DNA of 64,000 nt, taken from Kiritimatiellota bacterium. Its GTDB lineage: Bacteria; Verrucomicrobiota; Kiritimatiellia; RFP12; UBA1067. Positions 45,224-56,700 of this stretch are shown here, in pieces. The notes under the pieces are model-generated. The model worked only from the letters and a program-made list of their open reading frames with translations. It was not told where the DNA came from and did not search any database. The translations under genes were made by a program, and so were the position numbers. Positions within the stretch are counted from its first letter, which is position 1, and each line of letters opens with the position of its first letter. The stretch is from contig WRJS01000002.1 in assembly GCA_009778475.1 (NCBI GenBank), positions 3,836 to 67,835 of the forward strand. The letters are read 5' to 3'.

Positions 45224-47533
45224 CTGCTGGCGGTCGTGTTGGCGACCCACGTCGCCAGCGCGGAGCCAGACTGGTTCTTTGAGACTACGGCGCGGACGTT
45301 TGTCACGAACAGCGCGGGGTGGCGGTTTGCGGCGACGGCGAATGCCGGGGCGGGGACGCTCAACGTCGGCGTGTGCAGCCGTGCGCCGGACGTGGCGGGG
45401 GTGCTGGATTTCTCGGGCGGGGTCTCGGACGAGGTCAACGGCACGGGCAACACGTTTGACATCGTGGCCATCAACGGCTCGGTGCTGGGCTCGGCCTCTT
45501 CGGCGTACATCCCGAAGGCGTCGGGGCTCGTCCTGCCCTCCACGCTCACGAACCTCGCCGCCAACGCCTTCAACGCCTGTACCAACATGACGGGTTCGCT
45601 CGTCCTCCCCGACGGCGTGGTCTCCATCGGCAACTACGCCTTCCAGAACTGCCGCTTCACGGGTGCGCTCGTCCTCCCCGACAGCGTGACCTCCATCGGC
45701 AACTCCGCCTTCAGCGGCTGCGCCTTCGGTGGCTCGCTCGTCATCCCCGACAGCGTGACCTCCATCGGCAACTACGCCTTCAGCGGCTGCCCCTTCGGCG
45801 GCTCGCTCGTCATCGGCGACGGCGTGACCTCCATCGGCTACAGCGCCTTCAATGGCAACACCTTCTCGGGCAGCGTCACCTTCGGGGCGGGCCTCGTGGA
45901 CTTCGGCAACTATATTTTCTGCAACACCACCTTCGACGTCCGCACGCTCACCTTCCCCGACACCGCCAAGAGCATCGGCAACGCCTTCAACCTTAGCGGC
46001 AACGCGAACCTCCACGCCACGTTCGTCAACACCTCCCTCGTCCTCGGCGACGGCGTGACGAACATCGCCGCGTATGCGTTCCACACCACCGGGCTGACGG
46101 GGACGCTGACGCTCGGCACCAACCTCCACGCCATCGGCGACTACGCCTTCCGCGACTGCAAGATTACGGGCGGCCTCGCCGTCCCCGACAGCGTGAGGAC
46201 TGTCGGCTCCTACGCCTTCAGCGGTGGTGGCTACACGGGGACGCTGACGTTCGGCACGAACCTCCTTGCCATCGGCAACAACGCCTTCCAGAACTGCAAG
46301 TTCACGGGCGACCTCGTCCTCCCCGACAGCGTGACCTCCATCGGCAACAACGCCTTCGACGGTTGCGCGTTCAACGGGAAACTCCACATCGGCTCCACCG
46401 CGACCTGCGCCATCGGCACCTACGCCTTCCAGAACAGCCCCTTCGGCGGCTCGCTTCTCATCGGCGACGGCGTGACCTCCATCGGAACGCGCGCCTTCAA
46501 CGGCAACACGTTCTCCGGCTCCGTCACCTTCGGGGCAGGCCTCGTGAACTTCAACAACACCATCTTCTGCAACACCGCCTTCGACATCCCCCTGCTCGTC
46601 ATCCCCGATACCGTCAAGAGCATCGGCGACGCCTTCAGCAGTGGCAGCACCTCGTCCTACCGCGCCACGTTCAACGGCGCCACCCTCTTCCTCGGCGACG
46701 GCGTGACCAACGTCGCCGCGAGCGCGTTCCGCTATTGCACCGGGCTCGAGCGCATCTCCTCCCCCTCCACCGACATCGCCATCGGCAACTACGCCTTCCA
46801 AGCGACATCGTTGCGGGGAGTCTACTACCGGGGCGGCTACCCCAAGAGCGTCGGGGCGACCCTCTACTACGGTTCCTCCGCCTGCACCTCCTACGTCACC
46901 CGCGCCAGCGTCGCCGACTGGGAATGGTTCACGGGGCTCGACATCCTCGGCGGCGCCGCGACATGGCAAGCCAAGCCCATCCGCGTCGCCGACGCCGACG
47001 ACCTCCCCGGCATCCTCGCCCTCGACCCCATGGGCGGCTACGGCGGCGCCACCACCGCCCGCCTCGGCGGCGACGGGCAACTGCCCCCCGGCCTCGCCGC
47101 CCCACGGCGCGACAACATGATCTTTGACGGCTACTGGGATGCGCCGCAAGGTAGCACTATGTACCTCGCGCCCGACATGACGCCGTGCGCCGCGTGGCCC
47201 GACCCCAACGGCGGCAAACTCTACGCCCGCTGGACTGACCTCGAAGACGAGGACTTCCAGTCGATATGCATTGAGGCGATCGAGGTCTTGGAGGACGGCG
47301 ACGTGGCGCTTTTCTGGAACCGCGACCGCGTGAAGTTCACGTACACGAAGGAGCCTTACACGGTCGTCGTTCAGGGCGCGGAGGACCTTGCCGGGTGGAA
47401 TGTGTTGGAGGAGGGCGGCGACTACACCCTCGACACCGCGCCGAACCCGCGCCGCCTCCACAAGGCGCGGGTCACGCCCCCCGCCGGAGCGACGAGGGGG
47501 TTCTTCAAGGCTTGGGCGCAGAGGGATGAATGA
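45224..47533 (+). CDS. BspA-type leucine-rich-repeat surface protein (start codon uncertain)
   Basis: Repeated LVLPDSVTSIGNYAFSGC / LVIPDSVTSIGN.AF.GC units (LRR_5/BspA-like). A hydrophobic LVPILLAVVLATHVASA segment precedes them. No in-frame ATG after the palindrome (candidate CTG/GTG/TTG at 45224-45241). The in-frame ORF back to GTG 44810 would translate the repeat element. Confidence 0.6.
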   Translation: MLAVVLATHVASAEPDWFFETTARTFVTNSAGWRFAATANAGAGTLNVGVCSRAPDVAGVLDFSGGVSDEVNGTGNTFDIVAINGSVLGSASSAYIPKASGLVLPSTLTNLAANAFNACTNMTGSLVLPDGVVSIGNYAFQNCRFTGALVLPDSVTSIGNSAFSGCAFGGSLVIPDSVTSIGNYAFSGCPFGGSLVIGDGVTSIGYSAFNGNTFSGSVTFGAGLVDFGNYIFCNTTFDVRTLTFPDTAKSIGNAFNLSGNANLHATFVNTSLVLGDGVTNIAAYAFHTTGLTGTLTLGTNLHAIGDYAFRDCKITGGLAVPDSVRTVGSYAFSGGGYTGTLTFGTNLLAIGNNAFQNCKFTGDLVLPDSVTSIGNNAFDGCAFNGKLHIGSTATCAIGTYAFQNSPFGGSLLIGDGVTSIGTRAFNGNTFSGSVTFGAGLVNFNNTIFCNTAFDIPLLVIPDTVKSIGDAFSSGSTSSYRATFNGATLFLGDGVTNVAASAFRYCTGLERISSPSTDIAIGNYAFQATSLRGVYYRGGYPKSVGATLYYGSSACTSYVTRASVADWEWFTGLDILGGAATWQAKPIRVADADDLPGILALDPMGGYGGATTARLGGDGQLPPGLAAPRRDNMIFDGYWDAPQGSTMYLAPDMTPCAAWPDPNGGKLYARWTDLEDEDFQSICIEAIEVLEDGDVALFWNRDRVKFTYTKEPYTVVVQGAEDLAGWNVLEEGGDYTLDTAPNPRRLHKARVTPPAGATRGFFKAWAQRDE

Positions 47534-47725
47534 GGCATGAGAAGTGTGGAGAGTGGAGTTGCGCAGGGACGAAAGGATGATGACGATGACGATGACGGAT
47601 TTTGGGATTACGGACTACAGGACACCGGGACTACGGCTTTCGGGGCGTGGGGACGCGGGGACATGGGGACAGCGGCTGCTTAAAAGCCGTTGTCCCGTTG
47701 TCCCGCCGTCCCAGCGTCCCAAACC
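47534..47725. repeat. family-A element A3; ~90-bp core nearly identical to A2 (44985-45073 vs 47620-47708)
   Basis: gaagtgtggagagtggagttgcgcagggacga...gggactacggctttcggggcgtggggacgcggggacatggggacagcggctgcttaaaagccgttgtcccgttgtcccg, then AGGAG-N8-ATG of the next gene. Confidence 0.8.
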
Positions 47726-47750
47726 CTGTTAATTTTTAGGAGAAAACGTT

Positions 47751-48743
47751 ATGAAGAAAATGCTGATAATCGTGACGACCGCTCTGCTGTCCTGCGCCGC
47801 TTCGGCGCAGACGCGGGTGCAGACCGTGGCGTTGGAGAAGGGGTGGAACGCGGTGTGGCTGGAGGTCCAGCCGGAGTTCGCGTCGCCGGGGGATGTGTTC
47901 GGGGACGCGCCCGTGGACATCGTGGCGGGGTATGTGAAGCCGGTGTCGGAGGCGCAGTTCGCGAAGAGCACGGCCGTCAATGTCCAGTCGCTCTCGGGGT
48001 GGAACGTGTGGTACGCGCCGCACCGCGCGGACGCGCCGCTCTCGCGCCTGCGGCAGTTGCGCGGGGACATGGGCTACCTCGTCCATGCGCTCGCGCCCGC
48101 GACGGTGACGGTGCGCGGCACGGTCAGCGGGGCGGCGTTCTGCTGGACGCCCAACCGCTTCAACCTCGCGGGGTTCACGGTCGCGGCGCAGGGTGCGCCG
48201 ACGTTCCGGCAGTTCTTCCAGGGCTCCCCGGCGCACAACCACAACAAGGTCTATCGCCTGGCGGAGGGCGTCTGGCGGCAGGTGCTGAACCCTGACGCGG
48301 AGGCGATGCGGCCGGGCGAGGCGTTCTGGGTTTTCTGCGCGGGCGGGTCGGACTGGCAGGGACCGCTGGCGGTCGCGGCCAACGCCTCGGCCGGGCTGAT
48401 GCTGGTGGGCGCGCTGCCGGGCGAGGTCACGTTCAAGAACGCCTCGCCGCACCCGCTGGGCGTCACGCTCGCGCTGGTGACGGAGGACGGCAATGCCGCG
48501 CTGCCGCTGGCCGCGGTCATCAAGGCCGTGCTGCCGGACACGGCGGGGGTGACGGATGTGCCGATCGATTTCCCGGACGGCGCGTGGTCGCAGGACTTCC
48601 CGGCGCTCGAGGCGGGCGGGGGGCTGAAACTGCCGTTCGCGCTGCGCATCAAGGAGGCCGCGCAGGGCGGTTCGACGGGCCTGCTGAAAGTGACGACGGA
48701 CCTCGGCACGGAGACGTGGGTGCCGGTGCGGGCGGTGAATTGA
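47751..48743 (+). CDS. hypothetical secreted protein (330 aa)
   Basis: AGGAG RBS, signal peptide MKKMLIIVTTALLSCAASA, no recognised domain. Confidence 0.6.
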   Translation: MKKMLIIVTTALLSCAASAQTRVQTVALEKGWNAVWLEVQPEFASPGDVFGDAPVDIVAGYVKPVSEAQFAKSTAVNVQSLSGWNVWYAPHRADAPLSRLRQLRGDMGYLVHALAPATVTVRGTVSGAAFCWTPNRFNLAGFTVAAQGAPTFRQFFQGSPAHNHNKVYRLAEGVWRQVLNPDAEAMRPGEAFWVFCAGGSDWQGPLAVAANASAGLMLVGALPGEVTFKNASPHPLGVTLALVTEDGNAALPLAAVIKAVLPDTAGVTDVPIDFPDGAWSQDFPALEAGGGLKLPFALRIKEAAQGGSTGLLKVTTDLGTETWVPVRAVN

Positions 48744-48805
48744 TGGGTTGATTTTTCGACTGAAGTCGAGTGAAATCGACTGAGGGCGACTGAAATCGGG
48801 TTAAG
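48744..48805. repeat. family-B element B3 (truncated: GGGTTGATTTTT + TCGACTGA units + GTTAAG centre, right arm missing)
   Basis: gggttgatttttcgactgaagtcgagtgaaatcgactgagggcgactgaaatcgggttaagtcgag. Confidence 0.65.
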
Positions 48806-48826
48806 TCGAGCATTTGGAGAGAAATT

Positions 48827-50605
48827 ATGAAAAAGGCATTGGTGATGATGATGGCCGCGGCGACGGGAGCCGCCGCAATGGCGGAGGTGAGCCCTTATGC
48901 GGGGCTGTGGGTCGGGAGCGTGGGCCTGACGACGGTGAACGAGGTTTCGATCCCGCTGGACGCGGATAATGTGCCGCGCGCGCCGGACCCGCTGAAGCCG
49001 ACGGTCACGGGCAGCCGCGCGGACCTGCGCCTCATCATCCATGTGGACGCGGCGGGGCGGGCGAGCCTGCTGAAGGATGTGGCGGTCGTCAACCGCAACC
49101 CGTCGGGCGACGCGTCCGCCACCATCGCGGACATCGCGGCGGCGGGGTCGGATGAGTTCGCGCTCTCGCTGGTCACGGACCCCGCGCTGTACGCCGAGTA
49201 CCCGATGCAGAAGGCCACGCGCATCTCGAGCGTCGCGTTTGACTTCGGCGACGCGCAGGCCACGCTCGTGCTGGACGCGCTGGTGGGCCGGGTCGTCGGC
49301 GCGGCGGTGGATGTCGTGAGCGGCAAACCGGCCTCGGCGATTGACACGGCCGCGAAGCGCAACCAGATTATTGAGGACATCGTGGCCGCGGCGCAGGGGA
49401 TGGCGATGCCGCCGGACAATGTCGCGTCCACGTATCAGGCGTTCCTGGATTCGGTGAAGGATGCGGTCCCGGCGATCGCGTCGTCGCCCTCGCCCTCGGC
49501 GGGCGCGGCGGCGCTGTGGATGAACACGGCGAACATCCTGTTCAACGGCTCGTCGTTCGGCGACACCCGTGCGCAGGATCTCGTCCGCGCGGTGCAGGCC
49601 GCGGGCATGGCGAACGGCGGGGCGGACGCGTGGAACGCGGCCTCCGGTTTCGCGGACACGTCCGCCACGGTGACGCGCCTGCTCGTGGGCAAGGCGGTGG
49701 GCGACGCGCTGGCCGGCGCGGCCCAGCACGCGGCCAACACCCCCGGCGCGACGGCGGGGGGGCTGAAGGGGCTGGACACGTCGGCGGACGCGGTCGCGGC
49801 GGCGTTGGCGTCGAAGTGGCACGACAACGACACCCGCGCCACGGGTGCGCTGGACGCGATGTTCGCGGCCATTGCTGCGACGGCCGCGGATGGCCATGCG
49901 GCGGGGGATCTGATCGCGCTGGAGATTCAGGAGCAGGCTTACGCCGCCGGGGCGGCGGCGCTGACGGCGGCGTTGGCGCAGTACCCCGCGCCGCGCAACG
50001 CGCCGACCGACGGCTACACGGCGTTCGTCACGTCCGCCGACTATGCGGCCGTCCCCGAGAAGGCGGCGCGCGCGGCGGCGGCGGCCGCGCTGACCGAGCG
50101 CGTGGAGAACCCGCTGACCTACACGCTGACCCTGCCGTCCGTGGCGAAGGCGGCGGCGATGAACGCGCTCCAGGCCACCTACGCGGCGGCGGCGCGGGCG
50201 AAGTTGAACGAACTGCCGCTGGCGGGCGTGTTCGCGCTGGGCGAGGGCGACCCGCGTTTCGCGGTGGACGTGGAGACGGGCGATATGCTGGGCGCGGCGG
50301 GCCTGACGGGGCGGCTCCTGCTGCCCGCGAACTTCCCGACGAACCCGTTCCGCCACCGCCGCCACCCGGACCACACGCAGGGGTACGACGTGACGCGGAA
50401 CATCCGCATCGATTTTGACGCGCCGGAGGAGCCGGGGAAAATCCCGTCGGTCACGCGCGGCGTGAAGCAGGTGAGCGGGCTGTACCGCGAGGAGGTCTTC
50501 GGGCTGCACAAGCCGCTCGGGCCGGGGCAGGACGTCGGCCTGCGCACGGAGGGGCGGTTTGAACTGAACCGCATCAGCACGATCAGCACGTTGAACGGGA
50601 AGTAG
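48827..50605 (+). CDS. hypothetical secreted Ala-rich protein (592 aa)
   Basis: Signal peptide MKKALVMMMAAATGAAAMA. Long Ala-rich helical-looking regions. No recognised domain. Confidence 0.6.
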   Translation: MKKALVMMMAAATGAAAMAEVSPYAGLWVGSVGLTTVNEVSIPLDADNVPRAPDPLKPTVTGSRADLRLIIHVDAAGRASLLKDVAVVNRNPSGDASATIADIAAAGSDEFALSLVTDPALYAEYPMQKATRISSVAFDFGDAQATLVLDALVGRVVGAAVDVVSGKPASAIDTAAKRNQIIEDIVAAAQGMAMPPDNVASTYQAFLDSVKDAVPAIASSPSPSAGAAALWMNTANILFNGSSFGDTRAQDLVRAVQAAGMANGGADAWNAASGFADTSATVTRLLVGKAVGDALAGAAQHAANTPGATAGGLKGLDTSADAVAAALASKWHDNDTRATGALDAMFAAIAATAADGHAAGDLIALEIQEQAYAAGAAALTAALAQYPAPRNAPTDGYTAFVTSADYAAVPEKAARAAAAAALTERVENPLTYTLTLPSVAKAAAMNALQATYAAAARAKLNELPLAGVFALGEGDPRFAVDVETGDMLGAAGLTGRLLLPANFPTNPFRHRRHPDHTQGYDVTRNIRIDFDAPEEPGKIPSVTRGVKQVSGLYREEVFGLHKPLGPGQDVGLRTEGRFELNRISTISTLNGK

Positions 50606-50751
50606 GGGGAGACTTTATGGAAAGCGGGACTACGGGACGACGGACGACGGGACTACGGCTGGGGACGATGGGACGCGAGGACGCGGGGACTGTTTGTCGT
50701 CCCGTAGTCCCGGCGTCCTGTGTCCCGAGAAATCGAATTTGGAGGAAAAAC
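50606..50751. repeat. family-A element A4
   Basis: gggactacgggacgacggacgacgggactacggctggggacgatgggacgcgaggacgcggggactgtttgtcgtcccgtagtcccggcgtcctgtgtccc. The left gggactacgggacgac pairs with the right gtcgtcccgtagtccc. Confidence 0.7.
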
Positions 50752-53700
50752 ATGAGCAAGCGATGGATGATAATGCTGGCGGCGCTGCCGCTGTGTGTGT
50801 TGGCGGGTGAGTTGCCGTTCACGGCGGTGCTGAGGCCTTACATGGGCCCGCAGCACAGTTCCTATGTGAACCAGAACATGGTTAATTTCAAAATCATCAA
50901 CGACTCGCCGGAGACCATCACGGGCATCATCGTGACGCGCAACAACGGCGCCCCCGACAACACGCGGTTCAACTACGTGATCCCGGGGTCGGCGGGCGTG
51001 GGCGGCATGATCCTCACGCCGAACGTCGTGGCCAGCAGCGCGGACGCGTCGGGCATCGGCTACATCCGCGAATACTGGCAGTACCCCGCCGGGTTCGTCC
51101 TGCCGAGCATGTACCCGGTGATAGAGGCGTCGTATGTGTCGTCGGACTCGGTGACCGGGCGCAGCATCCAGCGCACGGGCAACTTCGGCGACTTCCTGAA
51201 CGTCGGCGATTATTTCATGGCGCGGATGCACGGGTACCTGACGGTTCCGCAGGCGGGGAAGTACCATTTCCAGATGCGGGTGGACGACTGCGGGTATGTG
51301 CTTTACCGCCGCTCCGACGGCTCGGCGGGCTTCCTGTTCAACGAGAGGTGGAATGACAATCAAGGGAAATGGCACACCAGCGACACGACGCTGACGTTCG
51401 CGGCGGGCGAGGTGATCTATCTGGATGCGTTCCACCTGGAGGCCGCGGGGAACGACTACCTGAACCTGGAGTGGGCGCGCGAGGAGGTGCTCGTGCCGGA
51501 ACTGGAGACGGAGTCTGAGCGGCACATTGCCCTTTTGTCGGCTGACTGGCTGTACCATTTTTCCTCTTTTCTGTTGCTTCCCCTTCCCCCGGATTACCAA
51601 AACAAGAGTTACGGGCCCGATCTGTCGTTCGGCATCAACACAATCACGTGGAAGGGTAAGACGATGACGGCCAGCAATTTTTACTGGGAGGATTATTTTG
51701 ATGTCTGTGACTACATCAACCATGCGGTCACCTGGACGTTTCAACCGATCCCCTCGATGGCGTTTTCGACCAAGAGGCCGGTGGCGGGCTCGCCGTGGTT
51801 TTGGGACTCGTTCCCGACCTTGAACGACACCACCATCACCGACAACGGCGGGGCGAACAAGAGCATCCGCATCGCGGGGCTCGCGCTCACGTCCGGCAAC
51901 GAGATGCAATTCGCCGCGTCGCTGGAGGACTGGATATTGGTGAACGCCATACACCCCGAGGGCTACAACTACGCGCCGGAGGTGCTGTGGAACCTGCCCG
52001 CCTCGCAGCCGAAGGCAACGATCACGGTGTTCGGCTCGTTCGGCAACTCCAGCACGATCACGCTCGGCGCGACCCCGGACATCGCGCCAGACAGGGACTA
52101 CACCTTCAAGTCTGATGCGCGGCCGCTGAAACTGAAGGTGCGGAGCATCGGCGAGGACGGCAACCCCAACAAGCGCGCGGCGCGTTTCCGCGTGACCATC
52201 ACGGACCCGACCAGCGACGAGGCCCCGCTGGTGCGGGACAACATCGACCTTGCCAACGAGGAGGACCTGGTGGCGTCGTTCGAGTTCAACGAACTCCGCG
52301 CCGGGATGCAGGTGCTGTTCGAGGCGGTGGAGGAGAGTTATTTCGACAAGAGCATGGGTTTCCTCTTCCACACGTTCAACCAGGTCACGGAGGCGAGCAA
52401 GATCGCCGAGGCGGTGGAGCGGTACGTCGCCTCGGGCCTGAGCGTGAACGACACGGCGCAGACGGGCGACCCGACGCAGTATTCCTTCGAGATACGCGGC
52501 GACACGCGGATCGACTTCCGCACGCGCCACGAGTACGCGCTGGACGTGTCGAGCGACTTCACGAAGACGGAGGGCAAACTGCTGAACGTCGCGGGCAAGC
52601 CGTGGACGGGCCCGCTGACCTCCGCCGCGTCCGGTGCGCCGGACCCCGCCGCCGGGGTCGGCAACGAGCGCGTCCGCCACTGGATCGAGGAGGGCACGCA
52701 GGTCACGGCGCAGATTGACGCGGAGGTTCAGGACATCGCGCTCAGCGCGCAGTTGCTGAACGTGCGCTACGTCCCGTATGAGTACCACGCCAAGGGCGCG
52801 GCGCGGGGCGACGTGCCGTTCGTGCTGGACGAGGTCTCCGTCAACGCGCTGCCGCCCCCGGACCTGCTGGGCCTGCGCCACCAGATCAATTTCAAGATGA
52901 CGAGCCCGGGCAGCATCGACTACCTCTGGAAGATCCAGTTTGGCGCCTACGCGCAGAGCCCGGAGGGCAACCTGCGCAAGGTCCAGCGCTACAACAGCGA
53001 CGGCGCGGTGTGGGAGGAGGTCCCGCCCCTCGGCGCGGTCTATTGGTTCGACCAGGGCGACGGCGTGCGCGTCCTGACCGCCGCGAACAAGGACTCCGTG
53101 GACTCCAAGGCGCTCACGGGCTGGGTGCTGGGCGACGGCTACTACTTCGCGTCCGAGTGCAACATCAACACGGACACGGGCGAGCCGGTGGGCATGGCCA
53201 TCACGCTCGACGTGAACAACAACCCCGTGGCGCAGTGGGTCACCGAGACGATCGGCGGGAAGGCCTATCGCGGGCTGGAGATCGCCAACCTGCTGCGCCC
53301 GGCCGCGGTGACGTGGAGTTACGGCCGGCAGGTCTTCTACGACCCGATGCTGACGCTGGGCGAGTATATGCTGCAAGGGCGCTCCGACCCCATCGAGAAG
53401 AAGTACCCGGCCGTGGCGGCGCGGCTCTTCGACCCGCCCACGAGCGTGGACCCGCCGGACGCGGCGATCTGGGACCCGAACGCCAAGGTGCTCTTCCCCA
53501 TCAAGCCCGGCCTCATGAAGGCCATCTACACGGGCGACACGCCGGACAGCGGCTTCGAGGTGCACGTCACCGCGAAGTGGCCCGCCAAGCCGCACTACGC
53601 GCACGTCGCGGACACGCCGCCCGTGCAGTTGTCGCCCGACCCGAACGGCAGTTTCCTCTTCGTGGAGAAGTCGTATGAGGAGGACGGCGTGCAGGTCGTC

Positions 53701-56700
53701 ATCCAGAACAACAGCGAGTTCACGGCCGCTGGCACCGGGTGGTCGCTCCTGCGCTTCAAGGAGATCAAGCGCGTGGGCCGCTCCGACCCGAAGGAATACA
53801 TCACGCTGCGCACGGTGCGGACGCAGCCCCTCCAGTCGGTGCTTTCCGCCGAGGGCGAGGCGGTCATCGGCCGCGCCGTCCGCGACCCGCTCGACCTCGC
53901 GGGCTTCGGCACGGGCTATCTCTTCTATCAGGAGGGCGTGCGCTACAACGCCTCGATCTACGACAGCGAGAAACTCGCCGCCCTGCGCAGCACCGACGTC
54001 TATGACATGGCGAAACTGAAGGCGCTCTACCCCGAGCGCGTCATCCTCGACCGCTCCCGCCTGCCCGGCCCGATCATCCCGGTCAACGAGTACCCTGCGG
54101 CGGTGGACGACATTCTCCGCATCGCCGTCGTGTGGTACGACGACCCCGTGCGCACGGACGGCCTGCTGTGGCCCTACGCGGCGCGGCGCTACCGCCTGCG
54201 CTGGCCGGTCTCCCCGGCGGAGGGCCTCGGGCGCATCGTCATCGCGAGCGAGTGGGGCAGCGAGAGCCTCGGCGCGGACGCCTTCGACCAGGTCATCGCG
54301 TTTGCCGACGGCGCCATCCCCGAGGAGCGCACCTTCAACCCGACGCGCTTTGCGGAGTTGAAGGTCTATTCGCAGGGCAACCCCGCGCTCGCGGGCTACA
54401 ACCCCAACGAGGAGCACGCGCTCATCGCGCCGTCGCTGCGCTATGCGGCGGTGTCGCCGCGGCCGAACGCGGTGTATGCGCTGCGCGCGGGCGACCTCAA
54501 CAATTACGGCGGCGTCGCGACGTCCAAGCCGTTCGTGCTGGCGCAGTTCTTCGACAACGTGCTGGGCGAGTACGCCATGCGCGTCTTCTCCATCGTGAAG
54601 GAGGACCCGAACCTGCCGGGTCATTCGTTCGCCGAGCCGTCCATGCTGGTCGTCAACTCCGGCACGGGCATGAGCCCCGCGACGCCGACGCAGTTGATCG
54701 CGCAGCCGCACAAGACCATGGAGGCGGGCGAGCCGGTGATCCCGTTCTACCCGATCGGCGTGGTGGAGGGCGCGGTGCCGTGCCCCGAGTCCACGGGCGA
54801 GAACCTGCGCGGCCAGACCACGTTCTGGAAGGATCACAAATACACGCGCTGGTCCGTCTCCGGCGGGCCGGAGGCGTGGTTCGCGGTCAAGGGCTTCTAC
54901 CCGCTCCAGCCCGACTTCTGGTGGCCCGAGGGCCTGACGGGCGCGACGCTGCTGGACGGCAAGGTCGTGCCGCCGCAGATCAGCGCGAGCGTGGCGTTCC
55001 TGCCGCCGAACCTCAACACCGACAAGATCGTGCCCACGCGCATCCTGTACAAGTCCGACTGGCCGCGCATCGCGCCGATCCTGAAGGCGGGCGAGACGCT
55101 GACCTTCTCCGGCGGCGAGTTCCGCGCCGACCACCCCACGCAGGTCGTGCCGACCAAGGACGGCGGCGGCGTGGAGACCATCCAGACGCCGGGGCTTCCC
55201 GCCGCCGCGGCCTTCGCGGTGGGCGAGGTCATCTTCGACGCGCTCAACCCGAAGAACGAGGAGGCGAAGTTGCAGACCGACTGGACGGTGCGCATGGCGC
55301 AGGTCATGGAGACCCGCCGCGTGCGCCTCTCCGCGCAGGCCTACCCCGCCATCCTCCAGCCCGCGAACGGCAAGGTGCGCCTGTATCAGGGCAAGTACAT
55401 CTTCAAGGACCTGCCCGCGTCGTTGCAGAAGCGCCTGCGCTACGACCCCATCGCGCAGGAACTCGAGATGCGCGGTGTGCTAAACGACAAGACGATTGAC
55501 GACGCGACGCTCACCGCCTCGCCCGCGGCCGTCTATACGCTGGAGCCGAACATCATCACCGAGGGCGACGCGGCGGAACTCTACGCGCTCGCCGATGATG
55601 AGGCGTGGCACACGGCGGTGGACACCCTCCGCAGCCTCACGCTCAACCCCAACGGCCTGACCAACGCGCTCTACACCGGCAACCAGTACGTCGTGGGCCT
55701 CCAGCCCAAGGTGTCGCGTGACGAGTACGGCATCGCGCAGACGAAGATGGTCGGCGGCTTCCTCGAATACGTGACCGACCCGGCGGTCGCCGAGAACGCG
55801 CGCGCCTTCGGCGTGGGCCTCGCGGTGATCCCCAATGGGAAGTTCCTCGACCCCGACTCCGACTATCCCGACGTGAGTTGGGTCACGGTCGCGGAGAACA
55901 ACGACCCCTCCATGGGCGGCTCGCCCGTCGCGCTGCACGTCATCAAGGTGGATCGCCGCGAGCGTTACCGCGGGGCCATCAAGGTCGTGCTGTCCGACAA
56001 CGTGTTCGACGAGAACGTCGTGCTGCGCCACACGGGCGACTTCGGCGCGAACGGCGACGACCTCGTGTATGAGTGGTGGTACCGCCCGGACGACGGCGCG
56101 CTCAACGTGCTGCCGCCGTATGTGCGCGACCCCGCCTCCGCCGGCGACTGGAAACTCTTCCCCGACCTCTCGGGCAAGGGTGGCCTCGGCCTCAACGAGA
56201 TCCTCTTGAAGGGCGACCCCAACGCGCCGGAGACCCTGCTGGCGGATTCGTGGTGGTTCGTGCGCTACCGCCACAAGAACGACCTGGTGAGCGGCGCGGA
56301 CTGGAACGTCAAGCAGCCCGACAACTCGCCGAAGGTCAATTACGAGTGGGCCGGCGCGGGCAACAGCGACCCGTTCCACGATTACAACCTCGACGGCTAC
56401 CCCGACTACAAGGCGCAACTCTCCATGGGCTGGATCAAGCGCGTGCTAGACGCGGTGAACCCCTACGAGGCGCGTATCCGCGACTTCACGGGCGACGCGC
56501 CCGCGACGGGCTCCTCCATGCTCCAGCAACTGGGGCCGCGCTACGAGGGCGCCGTCGCGCTCAACCCGGACAAGAACGTGATCGAGAACGTCGGCCTGAT
56601 CGAACTCTACCAGACCGTCCTCAACCGCGCCTCCGACCTGAGCATCAACCTCTCCACGCCCGTCTCCACCCCGGCCATCGCCAACGCGCTGCAACTCGCC

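Noticed and set aside
47544-47732. 62-aa ORF and the N-terminal extensions of ORFs 38773, 44810, 50617, 24177..25319 and 25370..26215
   Set aside because: They are conceptual translations of family-A or family-B repeat elements (recurring peptides such as DYGTTGLRL, CPVVP, SNVRLKSKS). Genes have RBS-preceded starts downstream of the elements.
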